64,000 nt of DNA from Paecilomyces variotii (lineage: Eukaryota): assembly GCA_004022145.1 (NCBI GenBank), contig RCNU01000002.1; one strand, written 5' to 3'. Position numbers and translations under genes: made by a program. Positions 62,810 through 64,000 of this stretch are shown here, one piece after another (the stretch's first letter is position 1; each line of letters starts with the position of its first letter). The notes under the pieces were generated by a model. That model had not been told where the DNA came from, did not search any database, and saw only the letters and a program-made list of their open reading frames with translations.

Positions 62810-64000
62810 TTTGTATCGTCACAATGTTTGTCGCAGGTTGCAACGCTGGAATTGTAGATCCTGTGTCGTTCGTCGTTTGAGAGCCGCAAAGAGACTCCCC
62901 TGCTCGACCGTTTGGCTATCTTATATCAGATGCAATGGGAGAAACTATGATAAGCGATTCGCCGTGTGGCTTGCGGCGAATACTAGAGCTGCATACTGGC
63001 AGCTGTTGCAGGGTGTCTTCGTTATCATGATTATCAGCACGGATCAAGCTCACAGATACCATCACCTAGTGCCATTGGGTCGCAGGGTTGGAGTAGCTTG
63101 ATAGCCCGCATCTAGGCTTAAAGTGTGGAACTCAGCACTCTATTTGAAGATGAAGATCTGCAGCCAACGGTGTTAGACTCGCCGTTTCTCCAGCTTCGGA
63201 CAGTCCGCCGACAATAATCCTTATCGCAAACCAATCGCTTCAGAGTCCGAATCCAATAACTGTTCTTCCAAAACACGCAATAAACAAGACAGCTCTTGAA
63301 CATTCTGCGTCATGGTAATTTGGCTCTGAGCATCCTAATGGTGCTGCATTGGCCTTTTCCCTGTTTATCAGCCAAGTCAATCTGCATAGATAACAGGTTA
63401 TCTGCTGCGTTAGTGCGGTTAGTACAAGACCGTTCCCCATCTTCAACTCTCGTGTAGTAAGAATGTTATATATATGAACTCCTCTTCTTGAATATTGCAT
63501 GAAAATGGACCCCAGAATATACCGCAGGACATTCTGCTAACTAGTCAACACATCCCCCACTGTCCCAAAAGCAAATGAGCTAGTCGCTCGAGTGGGACAG
63601 CAGGATAAACTTCTGTTCTTGTTTAAGTAACGTACTCCGCCCGGAGAGTTGGGTCTATTCGTGGACCACATGGTTATAGCCCTTCTGGCTCTTACCATTT
63701 CGAGCATCCAGCAATCAGCTGCCGGGGTACTTAAGTATGCTAGGCTACCTCGGGACATGGAATGCATACACGCCATAATCTGCATCACGAAACTATATTA
63801 TCACGGTAGAATGCATCATTTAGCATGTTGCTGGTGCTCGGAAGGAAACACTAGATGATAATTGTTTCTGCTATAACATGAATCTTGCTGAAATGTCGGT
63901 CGGAGCACCCTTCCCATAATATGTTTCTGTCTTCGAATAGCTGCACCCCTGGCGAGCCCTTATTGTAGGCCATAGAAATTGGTCCATTCTAACCGAAGGC

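Noticed and set aside
62880..64000. Short ORFs at the right end
   Set aside because: No motifs; probably MFS promoter or intergenic DNA
1..64000. CRISPR arrays, rRNA, intact transposons, PKS/NRPS backbone genes
   Set aside because: No regularly spaced repeats, rRNA signatures, transposase/RT motifs or KS/A-domain motifs were seen

Overview
Intron-rich filamentous ascomycete DNA (Eurotiales-like: GT-AG introns with CTRAY branch sites, Zn2Cys6 factor, hydrophobin). I can support about 23 protein-coding genes, two tRNA genes (intronless tRNA-Cys(GCA), intron-containing tRNA-Ala(CGC)), one decayed PTH11-type membrane-protein pseudogene and a mutated relic copy of an exon of the local major-royal-jelly-protein gene. 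Housekeeping genes (uba4, sdhB) bracket a mostly accessory and metabolic region. Most interesting signals: (i) a run of lipid/redox enzyme genes at 31-52 kb whose proximal promoters nearly all carry the FarA/FarB-type CCTCGG element, a possible backbone-less co-regulated lipid-modification locus; (ii) an adjacent beta-hydroxyacid dehydrogenase plus class II aldolase pair resembling a four-carbon acid-sugar catabolic module without its kinase; (iii) an intracellular PA-clan serine protease-like gene with an intact H-D-S triad; (iv) a divergent tRNA-Cys with an extended stem and a hairpin-plus-T6 trailer. No CRISPR, rRNA, PKS/NRPS or intact transposase was seen. Exon boundaries were inferred by eye and family assignments come from motif recognition, not database searches.
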